This document shows positions 49,510 through 59,886 of a DNA stretch of 64,000 bases, one piece after another; the first letter of the stretch is position 1; each line of letters opens with the position of its first letter. The notes under the pieces were generated by a model. That model saw nothing but the letters and a program-made list of their open reading frames with translations. It had not been told where the DNA came from and did no database searches. The position numbers and the translations under genes are program-made. Where the stretch lies: IMG/VR virus record IMGVR_UViG_3300008262_000047, one strand, 5' to 3'. Source of the stretch: a virus.

Positions 49510-52500
49510 ATGGCTATCAATTTAGGAACTTCACCCTACTATGATGATTTTGATGTTGAAAAGAATTTTCACCGAGTTCTTTTCAAGCCCGGTTATGCGG
49601 TTCAAGCCCGTGAACTTACTCAACTTCAAACCATTTTACAAAACCAAATACAACGTTTTGGTGACCATGTATTCAAAGATGGTTCTGTTGTAGTTGGTTG
49701 TGCTGAAACATTTCAGTTCAATGTACCATTTGTAAAAGTAAAAAACACCGATTCGGCAGGTATCACAATTGGTAGTTCTGCATATGAGTTATACAAAACA
49801 ACGCTTGTGAATGCCGTTGTTAGTAACGAACTGGGTGTATCTGCCAAAATTGTGCGCGTTGATGAAGATTCAACAGGACAACGAGTTCTGTATTTGAATT
49901 ACCAATCATCATTCTACGATGAAACAGCACAAGAACTCATCACTGTGTTTGCTGAAGATGAAGCACTCACTGTGGTTGATTCAACTGGTATAACACAATC
50001 ATTTAGATTTTCTGTTTCAAGTAGTTCAGCCACAGGTGTAGGTTCACTCTACACCATTGATGATGGCATTGTCTATGTTGATGGAACATTTGTCCGTCAT
50101 AACTCACAGACTAAAGTTCTGAGTTTCTATAGTAGTACACCAACAAAAAATATTGGATTCAGAATTATTACCAGTACGGTAACATCAAATGATGATGTAA
50201 GTTTACTTGATCCTGCTGCAGGGTCTTACAATTATGCAGCACCTGGCGGCGACCGATATAAACTTACCACACAACTTGAATCTTACGAAATAACAACAAC
50301 ACCTGACCAAGGATTCCATCTTCTATTCTTAGTTGAAGAAGGAAAGGTGAAGCGCGCATTTAACAAGCCACAATATTCAGAATTACAACGAGTATTGGCA
50401 CAACGAACATATGATGAATCAGGTAACTATGTTGTCACAGGATTAAACGTCAATGTTCGTGAACATTTAAAAACATCAACAAATAATGGTAAGTACACAG
50501 TAGAAACTATTGGCGATGCTTCCAAGTTGGTGTATGGTGTTGAACCCGGTAAAGCCTATGTAGAAGGATTTGATACAGAATTAAAGTCCACTGATTATCT
50601 TGCAGTTGATAAGGCAACTGATACATTACTAGTTGATGAACAACAAATTCCTACATTGTTTGGTAATTATGTTTATGTAAAGTCGGTGACCGGTAGTTGG
50701 TCATTGGCTGAAAACAATGCCACACTCAATCTCCGTGACGGTAGTAGTGTTTTAATTGCCACGGCAAAATTCCGTCTATTACGTTTCTATCGTGATGTTA
50801 CAGGAACAGGAAGTTCAAAATTCTACAAGTTATATTTGTATGGCATCACACTAGAAGCGGGCAAGACGGTTGATGATTTAACAACAATTCGTAACATCAC
50901 AACAACAAATTCTAGTGCCACGGTGGCCATTACACCTGGAGATGATTTAGGTTCAGTTACACAAACTGGATTTAAATTACACGAAGGCACATATAATTCA
51001 CTACTATTCCCCACAGGATCCCAAGCTGTTGTGCAGTATGAAAACGATACTGACTACTTCTTCTGGAAATATTTGGGTGAATATACATTCAACGGTTCAG
51101 GTAATGGTAGTATTGCCGTAAGTGGTGTGGGACAAACCTTGGCAGGCACTAGTTCTTCCTTTAAGGATGATTTCATTGTTGTTGAACCTGTAGGTGCATC
51201 ATACAACTTAGCAGAAATCACAGGATACACACCAACCAATACAACGTCAGGTACATTGGCAGTTGCCGTGGGTGATGCAGGCGCAAACAGAAAAGTATAT
51301 GCACGAGTTCGTCAAGGTAATGGTGCGCCTATTGATTTGACACTTGACACCACATTTTTGGCAGTGGATGGCTCAACATTAACTTCTACTAGTGCCACTA
51401 ATTTAGCAGCAGGTAGAATTTACCTAGGCGTATCACACGCATTACAACTTGTATCAGTACACATTGCCGACGATACTGAAGCATACCCATCAACTGAAAG
51501 TGGTTTGAGTGCATGGAGTAATGTCACTTCAGAATTTACTCTATATGAAAACTCAAATGACAACGTATACAATACATCATATGTTCAATATACAGGTGCT
51601 GAAGATTTAACTGAAAAGAAAATTGTGTTGAAGTTAAAAAACTTCACACGCTCATCAACATTAGGTTACCTAAATAGAAATTCATATCAAAGTGCCTTGA
51701 TTGATTTTGATCCAACAACACTTGATTACAACAAGCAAATCTTCACATATGAATTACCCGTGTATACATCAGAATCAACAGGCATCACATATGATATTCG
51801 TGATGTAATTGATTTCCGACCAACCGTTGAATTACGTTCGGGATATTCAGGTCAAACATATGTTGACGCCAAAAACAACAATATGAATGCATCACATAAT
51901 GTGCCTATCACAACGTTAGATACAACAAATGGTATAACGATACCTGATCCCGATAGCACATTGACGGCATCATTCACCATTAATTTACCCAGAAAGGATA
52001 AAGTTGTATTAACCCGCGATGGTGAATTTAAGGTGATTACTGGTGTGTCTGCACTTAACCCACAAACACCTGCCGATGCCATTAACGCCATGACATTGGC
52101 AGTCATAGAATTGGCACCATATCCATCATTATCAACATTTGCTTCTCGCGTCTACGACCGCGAAGATTATGCATCAATTGTTCGTTTAGTAGATAATCGT
52201 CGTTACACAATGCGTGACATTGGTGAACTTGAACAACGTGTGAATAGACTTGAATACTACACAGCATTGTCAATTGCTGAAAATCGTGCTGCCAATATGT
52301 TGATTACAGACGATTCAGGTAACGCCATGGTTAAGAAGGGTATTCTTGTTGATGCCTTCGATGGACATGATATTGGTAACGTGTTTGATGCTGATTACTA
52401 TGCATCAATTGATACCAAGAATAAAATATTACGAGCACCCTTCGCATTAAACAACATTGAACTTCATTTACCTTCTGATGAATCTGAGGTCATCACAACA

Positions 52501-55218
52501 GGATATTCAGGTACATTTACCACTATCACAGAAAATAAATTTGCGTCAAAGGGTCGTGTCTGTGGTAATTTGTTACTAGGTAATTACATGGCAGGCGATT
52601 TACGTTTGGATCCGCCACAAATCACATGGGTAGATACACAAGTTCGTCCTGATGTTCAAGTAAATTATAACGGCGTTAATGATGGATGGGAATTCAATAC
52701 AAACGCCTTCAAGTTACACTGGAACAGTTGGAAAACCATATGGCAAGGTGTTGAAACAACCAATCTTCCTGTATTGAGTGTCACTACAGTTGCAGGTTTG
52801 GTAGGTGTTCGTGGTAGTGAAGCGGCACCATTAATTTCAGATGTCACAAAAAACATCATTACATCAGGTAAACTCCCAGAAAACAATCTTAGAAATATTG
52901 GTGTTCGTGTATTAGACGTTTCTGTTGTCCCATACATTGAAAAGCAAATCATCACATTCACTGCAACAGGATTGAAACCCGGTACGGCTGTTCAGGCATA
53001 TTTTGACGGCGAAGATGTCTCAGCACATTGCCGTTACTTTACATTGCCTACCGGTGTTACTGTAAATACAATACGTAATTTGTCAGAAGGCATATTGTCA
53101 TCACAATATACACCAAGTGCTTCGGCATACGGTGATCCATTAATTGTTGCAACCGATGGTACCTTAGTGGGACAATTCTTAATCCCTGCGAATACATTCC
53201 GCGTGGGAAATAAGGTGTTTAAATTAACAGATGCTTCAGAAACAACATCAGCGGCTGCACAATTACAATCATCAGGTGTCCCTAATATTGATGATGGTTC
53301 AATTTCATCAACACGATTCCCAGCAATTCGTCAAGATGCTCTTTCTGAAACACAAAACAATGTTGTGAGTCGTTTGTTGTTGTCTAATCCATCAACATTC
53401 AATCCCGCATCATTTGGCGATCCCATGGCACAGACCTTCATCATTGAAGGACATCCCGATGGTGTGTTCTTGAATAAGGTTGAATTGTTCTTCAAGAGAA
53501 AGTCATCAACCAAGAAGTTCACCATTCAAATCCGTGAAGTCATTAATGGATTCCCGGGCAATAAAATTGTACCGTTCAGTACCAAGACATTAAATGCGTC
53601 AGAAATTTCCGTCTCAGGTACTGCAAATACAGCAACCACATTTACATTTGAATCTCCGGTATATCTAAAGAACAACACAGAATATGCTCTTATGTTATTG
53701 CCTGAAAACAACACGACTGAATATGAAGTGTGGGTTTCTGAATTGGGTGAAAATTTAATAGGCACTAACGAACGTATCACACAACAACCTTATGTTGGTG
53801 TATTGTTCATTCCTAATAATAACACCATCTGGACAGCATTAGAATCTGAAGATTTGAAATTCAAAATGTATTCTAGAAGTTTTGAAACAACACGTACCGT
53901 CATTCTTGAATCTAAGCCCATTGATTACGTCACCATTTCACAAACAGGTACGTATGTTTTGAAACCAGGTGATGTTGTTCAAGTATTTGATGACACACAA
54001 ACAGTATTGCCCGGAACAATTCAAGTATCAGAAAATGATACCATTGCGGGTTCAAGTACAGACTTCACCGACCTATCAGTGGGTGACCAACTTCGTGTAT
54101 TTGCACCTTCGACAACAACCAATTTTACAGGTACTATCAGTATAACAGGTACTGCTGTCACTGGTTCAGCCACAACATTCACCTCAGACCTACGTGTGGG
54201 TGACATTCTATATCAAGATGATAACATCACTGTTATTGGAAAGGTGGCATCAATTCAATCTGACACAGCATTAACACTTGAAGCCTCAGGGTCAGGTACT
54301 ACATTGAATTATCGAGCACGCGCTTTGTTAGGTACAGTAAAAGACATCATCTCTGATACAAGTTTAGTTCTTGAAAATGATGCAGTGAATATCACAGGAA
54401 CAGGATTAACCTTCTATAAGGATGATACAACAGCTACAGGTTATGTCACGAAGGTGTATGGCACAACGGCTGAAATATTCATAACCTCAGGTAGTTTGGC
54501 AACAAACGATACATTCACACGTGGTGCGTCTACATTCACCTTTGATAGTATTGATAACAAGCAAGCTACAGCACTTTCACCTAACTTAGGTATCTTGAGT
54601 TTAAATCCCTCAACACAAGTGAAATTATCATACACACTACTTGATACATCAAGTACATATTATCCCGGGTTAGGCGCATATATTACTGTGAACAATAATG
54701 ATACTGTTGAGTTGCCTAAAGAATTCACAATTTATTCTCATTCAAACACAACAGGAAACATTCCTACATTGAAGATAAAGGCGGAATTATCAACCAATAA
54801 TTCATTGTTAACACCTGTGTTAGACACACGAAAAATTTCTGTTCTAACATTGGCGAATGACATTGCCGCATCTGGTTCTTCAGATGCCGTGTATGTCACA
54901 CGAACTGTAACATTGGATGGTGACGGCGCCGATGACTTGCGTGTATTCTTCGATATGATTCGTCCTGAACAATGTTCTGTAATTGTAGAAGCCAAGATGC
55001 AGAATGTAGAAGATGATAGACCGTTTGCTGATGTTGATTGGGTAACGTTGAATGAACAGGCTCCTGTTGTATATAATGGTAACATCTATCAGGAATATAG
55101 TTACAGTGTGTCAGCTCCTTCATCATTTGCCAAGTTTGCTGTGAAAATTACAATGAACTCCACTGATAAGAGTAAAACTCCTCTCATTAAGAATCTCAGA
55201 GCAGTAGCGGTGATTTAA
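49510..55218 (+). CDS. Large virion protein (DUF4815/VrlC-like)
   Basis: PYYDDFD, QARELTQLQ, RTYDESGNY, RRYTMRDIG, DPMAQTF. Confidence 0.85.
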   Translation: MAINLGTSPYYDDFDVEKNFHRVLFKPGYAVQARELTQLQTILQNQIQRFGDHVFKDGSVVVGCAETFQFNVPFVKVKNTDSAGITIGSSAYELYKTTLVNAVVSNELGVSAKIVRVDEDSTGQRVLYLNYQSSFYDETAQELITVFAEDEALTVVDSTGITQSFRFSVSSSSATGVGSLYTIDDGIVYVDGTFVRHNSQTKVLSFYSSTPTKNIGFRIITSTVTSNDDVSLLDPAAGSYNYAAPGGDRYKLTTQLESYEITTTPDQGFHLLFLVEEGKVKRAFNKPQYSELQRVLAQRTYDESGNYVVTGLNVNVREHLKTSTNNGKYTVETIGDASKLVYGVEPGKAYVEGFDTELKSTDYLAVDKATDTLLVDEQQIPTLFGNYVYVKSVTGSWSLAENNATLNLRDGSSVLIATAKFRLLRFYRDVTGTGSSKFYKLYLYGITLEAGKTVDDLTTIRNITTTNSSATVAITPGDDLGSVTQTGFKLHEGTYNSLLFPTGSQAVVQYENDTDYFFWKYLGEYTFNGSGNGSIAVSGVGQTLAGTSSSFKDDFIVVEPVGASYNLAEITGYTPTNTTSGTLAVAVGDAGANRKVYARVRQGNGAPIDLTLDTTFLAVDGSTLTSTSATNLAAGRIYLGVSHALQLVSVHIADDTEAYPSTESGLSAWSNVTSEFTLYENSNDNVYNTSYVQYTGAEDLTEKKIVLKLKNFTRSSTLGYLNRNSYQSALIDFDPTTLDYNKQIFTYELPVYTSESTGITYDIRDVIDFRPTVELRSGYSGQTYVDAKNNNMNASHNVPITTLDTTNGITIPDPDSTLTASFTINLPRKDKVVLTRDGEFKVITGVSALNPQTPADAINAMTLAVIELAPYPSLSTFASRVYDREDYASIVRLVDNRRYTMRDIGELEQRVNRLEYYTALSIAENRAANMLITDDSGNAMVKKGILVDAFDGHDIGNVFDADYYASIDTKNKILRAPFALNNIELHLPSDESEVITTGYSGTFTTITENKFASKGRVCGNLLLGNYMAGDLRLDPPQITWVDTQVRPDVQVNYNGVNDGWEFNTNAFKLHWNSWKTIWQGVETTNLPVLSVTTVAGLVGVRGSEAAPLISDVTKNIITSGKLPENNLRNIGVRVLDVSVVPYIEKQIITFTATGLKPGTAVQAYFDGEDVSAHCRYFTLPTGVTVNTIRNLSEGILSSQYTPSASAYGDPLIVATDGTLVGQFLIPANTFRVGNKVFKLTDASETTSAAAQLQSSGVPNIDDGSISSTRFPAIRQDALSETQNNVVSRLLLSNPSTFNPASFGDPMAQTFIIEGHPDGVFLNKVELFFKRKSSTKKFTIQIREVINGFPGNKIVPFSTKTLNASEISVSGTANTATTFTFESPVYLKNNTEYALMLLPENNTTEYEVWVSELGENLIGTNERITQQPYVGVLFIPNNNTIWTALESEDLKFKMYSRSFETTRTVILESKPIDYVTISQTGTYVLKPGDVVQVFDDTQTVLPGTIQVSENDTIAGSSTDFTDLSVGDQLRVFAPSTTTNFTGTISITGTAVTGSATTFTSDLRVGDILYQDDNITVIGKVASIQSDTALTLEASGSGTTLNYRARALLGTVKDIISDTSLVLENDAVNITGTGLTFYKDDTTATGYVTKVYGTTAEIFITSGSLATNDTFTRGASTFTFDSIDNKQATALSPNLGILSLNPSTQVKLSYTLLDTSSTYYPGLGAYITVNNNDTVELPKEFTIYSHSNTTGNIPTLKIKAELSTNNSLLTPVLDTRKISVLTLANDIAASGSSDAVYVTRTVTLDGDGADDLRVFFDMIRPEQCSVIVEAKMQNVEDDRPFADVDWVTLNEQAPVVYNGNIYQEYSYSVSAPSSFAKFAVKITMNSTDKSKTPLIKNLRAVAVI

Positions 55219-55409
55219 TGGAAACGCCATTTGTACGTGATAAGCATTCCAAGGCACTTATAAATACTGACACAACAGTTATTTTTGCTCGGCGTCAAGA
55301 AAAGCGTCAAGTGCAGAAGATATCCGAGCTTCAAGAAGAAATTACTGAAGTCAAAAACGACTTATTAGAAATAAAACAATTATTACAATCAATAATCAAC
55401 AGAGGATAA
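55218..55409 (+). CDS. Small coiled-coil hypothetical protein
   Basis: VRDKHSKALIN...EIKQLL. Confidence 0.65.
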   Translation: METPFVRDKHSKALINTDTTVIFARRQEKRQVQKISELQEEITEVKNDLLEIKQLLQSIINRG

Positions 55410-55412
55410 CTT

Positions 55413-56363
55413 ATGGCTACTTTAACGCTTCGCCAAACAGCCCCAGCAGCAGGAACAAACAAAGGTGCCCCACTTACTAATGCAGAAGTTGACGCCAACT
55501 TCAACAGTTTAGATGTTGCCAAATTGGAAAAATCAGGCGGCACAATGACGGGAACTTTAGTTCTTGTAACAGGAACAACAACCATTGCTCCTGTAAAACT
55601 TGTGTCTGGCACAAACTTAACAACTCCACAAGCAGGTGCCGTCGAATTTAACGGCACGAACTTGTTTTTCACCCCAAGTTCAACACGCAAAACTGTCGCC
55701 TTCACTGATAGTAACATCACAGGCACATCGGCAGGTTGGACAACTGGTCGCACCGTGACATTCGCCACAGGCGATGTAACAGGTAACTTCACCATTGATG
55801 GTTCTGCAAACGTATCAAACGTAGCGTTAACAATTGCCGCCAACTCAGTTGCTTTAGGCACCGATACTACAGGTGATTATGTCGCATCATTAGTGGCAGG
55901 CACAGGTGTTACATTAACAAATAATAGTGGTGAGAGTGCCACACCCACTGTTGCCATTGGTCAAGCCGTAGGAACAGCAAGTAACGTGACATTTGGAAGT
56001 ATCAATGTGGGCTCAGCAACAGGTGCTGCCACAGGACAAATCAAGGCATCAGGTGACATCATTGCCTTCTCATCCTCAGATGCAGGATTAAAGACAGATG
56101 TTGCAGTTATTTCTGATGCTCTCACAAAGGTGAAGGCACTTCGCGGTGTCACATATACTTGGAATGAAGAAGCTAATGCATTAGGATTACATGGGGCAGA
56201 TACAGGTGTTATTGCACAAGACGTTGCCGGTGTACTACCTGAAGTTGTAACAACCCGTGAAAGTGGTCACATGGCTGTGAAGTATGAAAAGATGATTGGG
56301 TTGTTGATTGAAGCCATTAAGGAATTGGATGATAAGTTAAGTAAGTGCAACTGCACTAAGTAA
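55413..56363 (+). CDS. Tail fibre with C-terminal intramolecular chaperone (Peptidase S74)
   Basis: SSDAGLK, GVIAQDV, LPEVV, VKYEKMIGLLIEAIKEL. Confidence 0.85.
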   Translation: MATLTLRQTAPAAGTNKGAPLTNAEVDANFNSLDVAKLEKSGGTMTGTLVLVTGTTTIAPVKLVSGTNLTTPQAGAVEFNGTNLFFTPSSTRKTVAFTDSNITGTSAGWTTGRTVTFATGDVTGNFTIDGSANVSNVALTIAANSVALGTDTTGDYVASLVAGTGVTLTNNSGESATPTVAIGQAVGTASNVTFGSINVGSATGAATGQIKASGDIIAFSSSDAGLKTDVAVISDALTKVKALRGVTYTWNEEANALGLHGADTGVIAQDVAGVLPEVVTTRESGHMAVKYEKMIGLLIEAIKELDDKLSKCNCTK

Positions 56364-56384
56364 TAACACAGGAGAACATAGACA

Positions 56385-57713
56385 ATGGCCATCGTATCCA
56401 GCGGGCAAATTTCAATTAAAGATGTAGGCGACGAAAAGGGATTGCCGTCAAGTGAACTATCCCTTCAGTCATTGTCTACAAACAATGTTAACACATTGGA
56501 TCCTTCTCCTAAGGTGCCTGCTAACACTTCGGGTGCGGTAGGTAATTATCCTGACGGTTCAACACCTCATGCTATCAGTGAGTTTTTTGCCTATAATCAT
56601 AATTTTACTACTACAACTACCGCGGCACCAACAACTACAACATCCACATCAACAACAACGACGACATCAACAACAGAACCACCAACAACGACGACATCAA
56701 CAACATCTACAACATCTACAACATCTACAACAGAACCACCAACAACGACGACATCAACAACATCTACAACATCTACAACAGAACCACCAACAACGACGAC
56801 ATCAACAACAGAACCACCAACAACGACGACATCTACATCTACAACATCTACAACATCTACAACATCTACAACATCTACATCAACAACATCAACTACATCA
56901 ACAACCACAGCGGCGCTCGGTGATTGTTGGACCGTATACAACACTTCACCATTCAACAATCAACAAACCTATGTGTTCGACTATATACCCTATGGTAGTG
57001 CTGGATATATACAAGGATCATTGGATTTCGGCCAATTTGTTAATTTATGTGTAGCACCAGGTACGTTGATTGTAGATGTAAGCGGACAAGGTGGATCTAC
57101 ATCAGGTGGATTTGGAGTATGTACCAACGACTCTCAATGTTCAGGCTCACCCCCAGCAACAACTACTACAACTACAACAGCAGCCACAACTACTACAACA
57201 GCAGCCACAACTACTACAACAGCAGTCTGTTATAGTTCAACATTGGGACTTTCAGGTGTTCAAGGAAGTATATCTGGAGCCTGTTCAGCCGCAGCACAAT
57301 TCACATATTATGTGGGTGGAACCAAGTTGTATACTGACTCGGGATGTGGCACGTTTGCAGACGCCGGTTATTATGGCGATGGAGGTGGGGTATACTATCA
57401 AGTAACAGGCGCAGGTAACTTGACAGGCCCAACATCGTGCCCAGGCGGAACAACGACAACAACTGCAGCTCCCACAACAACTACAACAGCAGCTCCCACA
57501 ACAACTACAACAGCAGCAGCAACAACAACTACAACAGCAGCAGCAACAACAACAACGACAACATGTGTCGTGGGTTGTTTACCTGGCACATCAACATGTA
57601 TAGGTGACGCTGCTGTATGTGACCTTCAAAATGACGATTGCACAATCACATATGGATATTTGGTACAAAACTGTGATCCTGGCTGTTGTTCAGGTGGTGC
57701 ATGTATCTGCTAA
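56385..57713 (+). CDS. Mucin-like Thr/Ser/Pro-repeat, Cys-rich virion protein (candidate fibre-tip adhesin)
   Basis: MAIVSSGQIS...ISEFF N-domain; three Thr tracts separated by Cys-containing domains; AGGAG RBS. Confidence 0.7.
   Translation: MAIVSSGQISIKDVGDEKGLPSSELSLQSLSTNNVNTLDPSPKVPANTSGAVGNYPDGSTPHAISEFFAYNHNFTTTTTAAPTTTTSTSTTTTTSTTEPPTTTTSTTSTTSTTSTTEPPTTTTSTTSTTSTTEPPTTTTSTTEPPTTTTSTSTTSTTSTTSTTSTSTTSTTSTTTAALGDCWTVYNTSPFNNQQTYVFDYIPYGSAGYIQGSLDFGQFVNLCVAPGTLIVDVSGQGGSTSGGFGVCTNDSQCSGSPPATTTTTTTAATTTTTAATTTTTAVCYSSTLGLSGVQGSISGACSAAAQFTYYVGGTKLYTDSGCGTFADAGYYGDGGGVYYQVTGAGNLTGPTSCPGGTTTTTAAPTTTTTAAPTTTTTAAATTTTTAAATTTTTTCVVGCLPGTSTCIGDAAVCDLQNDDCTITYGYLVQNCDPGCCSGGACIC
56607..56909 (+). 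repeat. Coding tandem repeats (ACAACATCT)n and TTTTSTTEPP units
   Basis: Directly visible; shorter Thr tracts near 57157-57221 and 57449-57563. Confidence 0.95.
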
Positions 57714-57742
57714 ATCATTAACAACAAGGTGATATTTACTTT

Positions 57743-58693
57743 ATGAAAAACTTACGTTATATATCAGCCCAACCTGCCATTGATTATTACACATGGCAGG
57801 TTGAGGTTATGATACACAATTTTTTAAAAAATGGTTTAAATCCAAACAATATAGATATTGTATGTTCCATTAAAAACAATCATATCCCTGATGCTTGGAT
57901 TAAATTAGCTAATCACTATAACACGGTTCGATTCTTTTTTTATAATGATGACAGAGAAAATTCGGTATATATTTCTTCAATTCGTCCACACATTCTACAA
58001 AAACATTTTGAGAAGCATCCTTATTTAAAAGATGAAGCCATTATGTATCATGATTGCGATATCATTCTCACGAAGCCCCCACAATGGGACCATTTAGTGC
58101 ATGACGATGTTTGGTATTTAAGTGACACGCGCTATTACATTGGAGCAGAATATATTAAAAGCAAAAAATGTGGTGTGTACGAACGCATGTGTGAAATTGT
58201 AGGTATAAGTGAAGATGTTCCGGTACAATATGAGATGCACAGTGGAGGTGCTCAATATCTCATGAAAAACATTGATGCTGCTTTTTGGAAAAAGGTGTAT
58301 GAGGATTCTGAAAAATTGTATCAATTTTTTCTTGACCATCTGAAAGCATTTCCTCAAACCGATAAATATCACCCCATACAAAAATGGACTGCTGATATGT
58401 GGGCAGTTTTATGGAATGGTTGGTATTTTGGACATGATACCAAAGTGGTGGACGAATTAGAGTTCACATGGCCTATGCACGGTCTTGACTTTTGGGAGAA
58501 ATGTACTATCATGCATAATGCGGGAGTTACAGGAGAAACAGCAGATAAGGACAGAACTTTTTTTAAGGGTAAGTATGTTGACGGAAAATTACCGTATAAT
58601 AATATTACTCTTGAAAATTATAACGAAAAGATGTGTACATATAAGTATGTACAAGAAATTCTTGAAACCGCTAAAACGAGTTGTTTACTATGA
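57743..58693 (+). CDS. Putative protein O-glycosyltransferase resembling plant SGT1/HPAT (GT96/GT95)
   Basis: YYTWQVEVMIHNF, YISSIRP, YHDCD (DxD), GGAQY, WTADMW. Confidence 0.6.
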   Translation: MKNLRYISAQPAIDYYTWQVEVMIHNFLKNGLNPNNIDIVCSIKNNHIPDAWIKLANHYNTVRFFFYNDDRENSVYISSIRPHILQKHFEKHPYLKDEAIMYHDCDIILTKPPQWDHLVHDDVWYLSDTRYYIGAEYIKSKKCGVYERMCEIVGISEDVPVQYEMHSGGAQYLMKNIDAAFWKKVYEDSEKLYQFFLDHLKAFPQTDKYHPIQKWTADMWAVLWNGWYFGHDTKVVDELEFTWPMHGLDFWEKCTIMHNAGVTGETADKDRTFFKGKYVDGKLPYNNITLENYNEKMCTYKYVQEILETAKTSCLL

Positions 58694-59259
58694 GATATGA
58701 TTTTGTTGAAATAGGCACATGCGACTACCACACGTTATTAGAAGGGTGTACACCTGAACAAATAGGTTTGTCAGTCGAACCTGTAAAAACATATCTAGAC
58801 CGATTACCCGATAAACCTAATGTAACTAAGATAAACGTTGCTATATCAGCAGAAAACAACATAGTAGATTTATTTTGGGTTGAACCCGAAAATCAAGAAA
58901 AGTATAATTTAGGTTTCACAAAAGGTTGGGCCACTATAATTAAACCCCACCGAGGTCATTCTGAAGCAAAAAAGATGTTAGAGACAGGAATGTTAACTAA
59001 CCATAAAATAGAAGCCATCACATGGTCTACCCTTGTGGAACGTTATCAAATCGAATCTGTGGATTTAGTTAAGATAGACACAGAGGGTCATGATTGTGTA
59101 GTTGTTAACAGTATACTTGATTCTTCTGTTCATCCAATACAAATAGAGTTTGAAATAACACATTGCTTAAAAGAAGAATTGGCTCAGACATATTCACGCC
59201 TTCAAAAAAATAGATATACATTAATTATAGAAGGTGAAGATGCCGTATGGAGAAGATGA
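58690..59259 (+). CDS. FkbM-family methyltransferase
   Basis: FVEIGT, SVEP, VKIDTEGHD, IEFE. Confidence 0.85.
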   Translation: MRYDFVEIGTCDYHTLLEGCTPEQIGLSVEPVKTYLDRLPDKPNVTKINVAISAENNIVDLFWVEPENQEKYNLGFTKGWATIIKPHRGHSEAKKMLETGMLTNHKIEAITWSTLVERYQIESVDLVKIDTEGHDCVVVNSILDSSVHPIQIEFEITHCLKEELAQTYSRLQKNRYTLIIEGEDAVWRR

Positions 59260-59886
59260 ATGATACCAAAAATAATTCATCAAATATGGGTAGGGGATTT
59301 TAAATTACCCAAGCGAGAACAGAAACTAGCAAATGAAATAAAAGAGATGCACTCGGATTACGAATATATTTTCTGGTCTTCGCCCCCACCATTATCTAAA
59401 AATATTCAAAATTGGTATGACAAATTCTACTCAATAAAAAACTATGCTTTTTGTGCAGACTTGTTACGTATTTGGGCTGTTAAAGAATTTGGAGGATTCT
59501 ACTTGGATATTGATTTTAAACCGGTGAATTCATTGGACGATTTTTTAAATTATGATGGGGTATTTTTATACCACAACGAAGGCGACTTAACTATTCCAAA
59601 TAATGTATTTGGTGCAAAAAAAGATTTAGATGTTCTAGAATACTGTACACAACAAATAAATGATAGCAATAATTGGTATGGGCCTAGTTGGTTTGGTAGT
59701 GTTGTTAAATCTTCTTTAGGGTATAGTTATGAAACCACACACGAAGTTATTAAAAACAAGATGAGGGAAAAGAATATAGAATATTTTGTGTACGGAGAAT
59801 TTGAAAATAAATATGCAAAACATTTATCATTGTACAGTTGGTCGCCTGAAATTTGGAATAGATTAAATAACCAGGAACAGTTATGA
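59260..59886 (+). CDS. Glycosyltransferase family 32 (OCH1-like)
   Basis: MIPKIIHQIWVG, ADLLR, GGFYLDID, GP. Confidence 0.88.
   Translation: MIPKIIHQIWVGDFKLPKREQKLANEIKEMHSDYEYIFWSSPPPLSKNIQNWYDKFYSIKNYAFCADLLRIWAVKEFGGFYLDIDFKPVNSLDDFLNYDGVFLYHNEGDLTIPNNVFGAKKDLDVLEYCTQQINDSNNWYGPSWFGSVVKSSLGYSYETTHEVIKNKMREKNIEYFVYGEFENKYAKHLSLYSWSPEIWNRLNNQEQL

Noticed and set aside
56607-56909. CRISPR array or DGR repeats
   Set aside because: In-frame short tandem units with no unique spacers; no reverse transcriptase or TR/VR pair seen
56569-57589. Poly-Gln/His and poly-Val ORFs overlapping the Thr-rich gene
   Set aside because: They are alternative-frame shadows of ACA-rich repeats; only the Thr frame has an RBS and ordered domains
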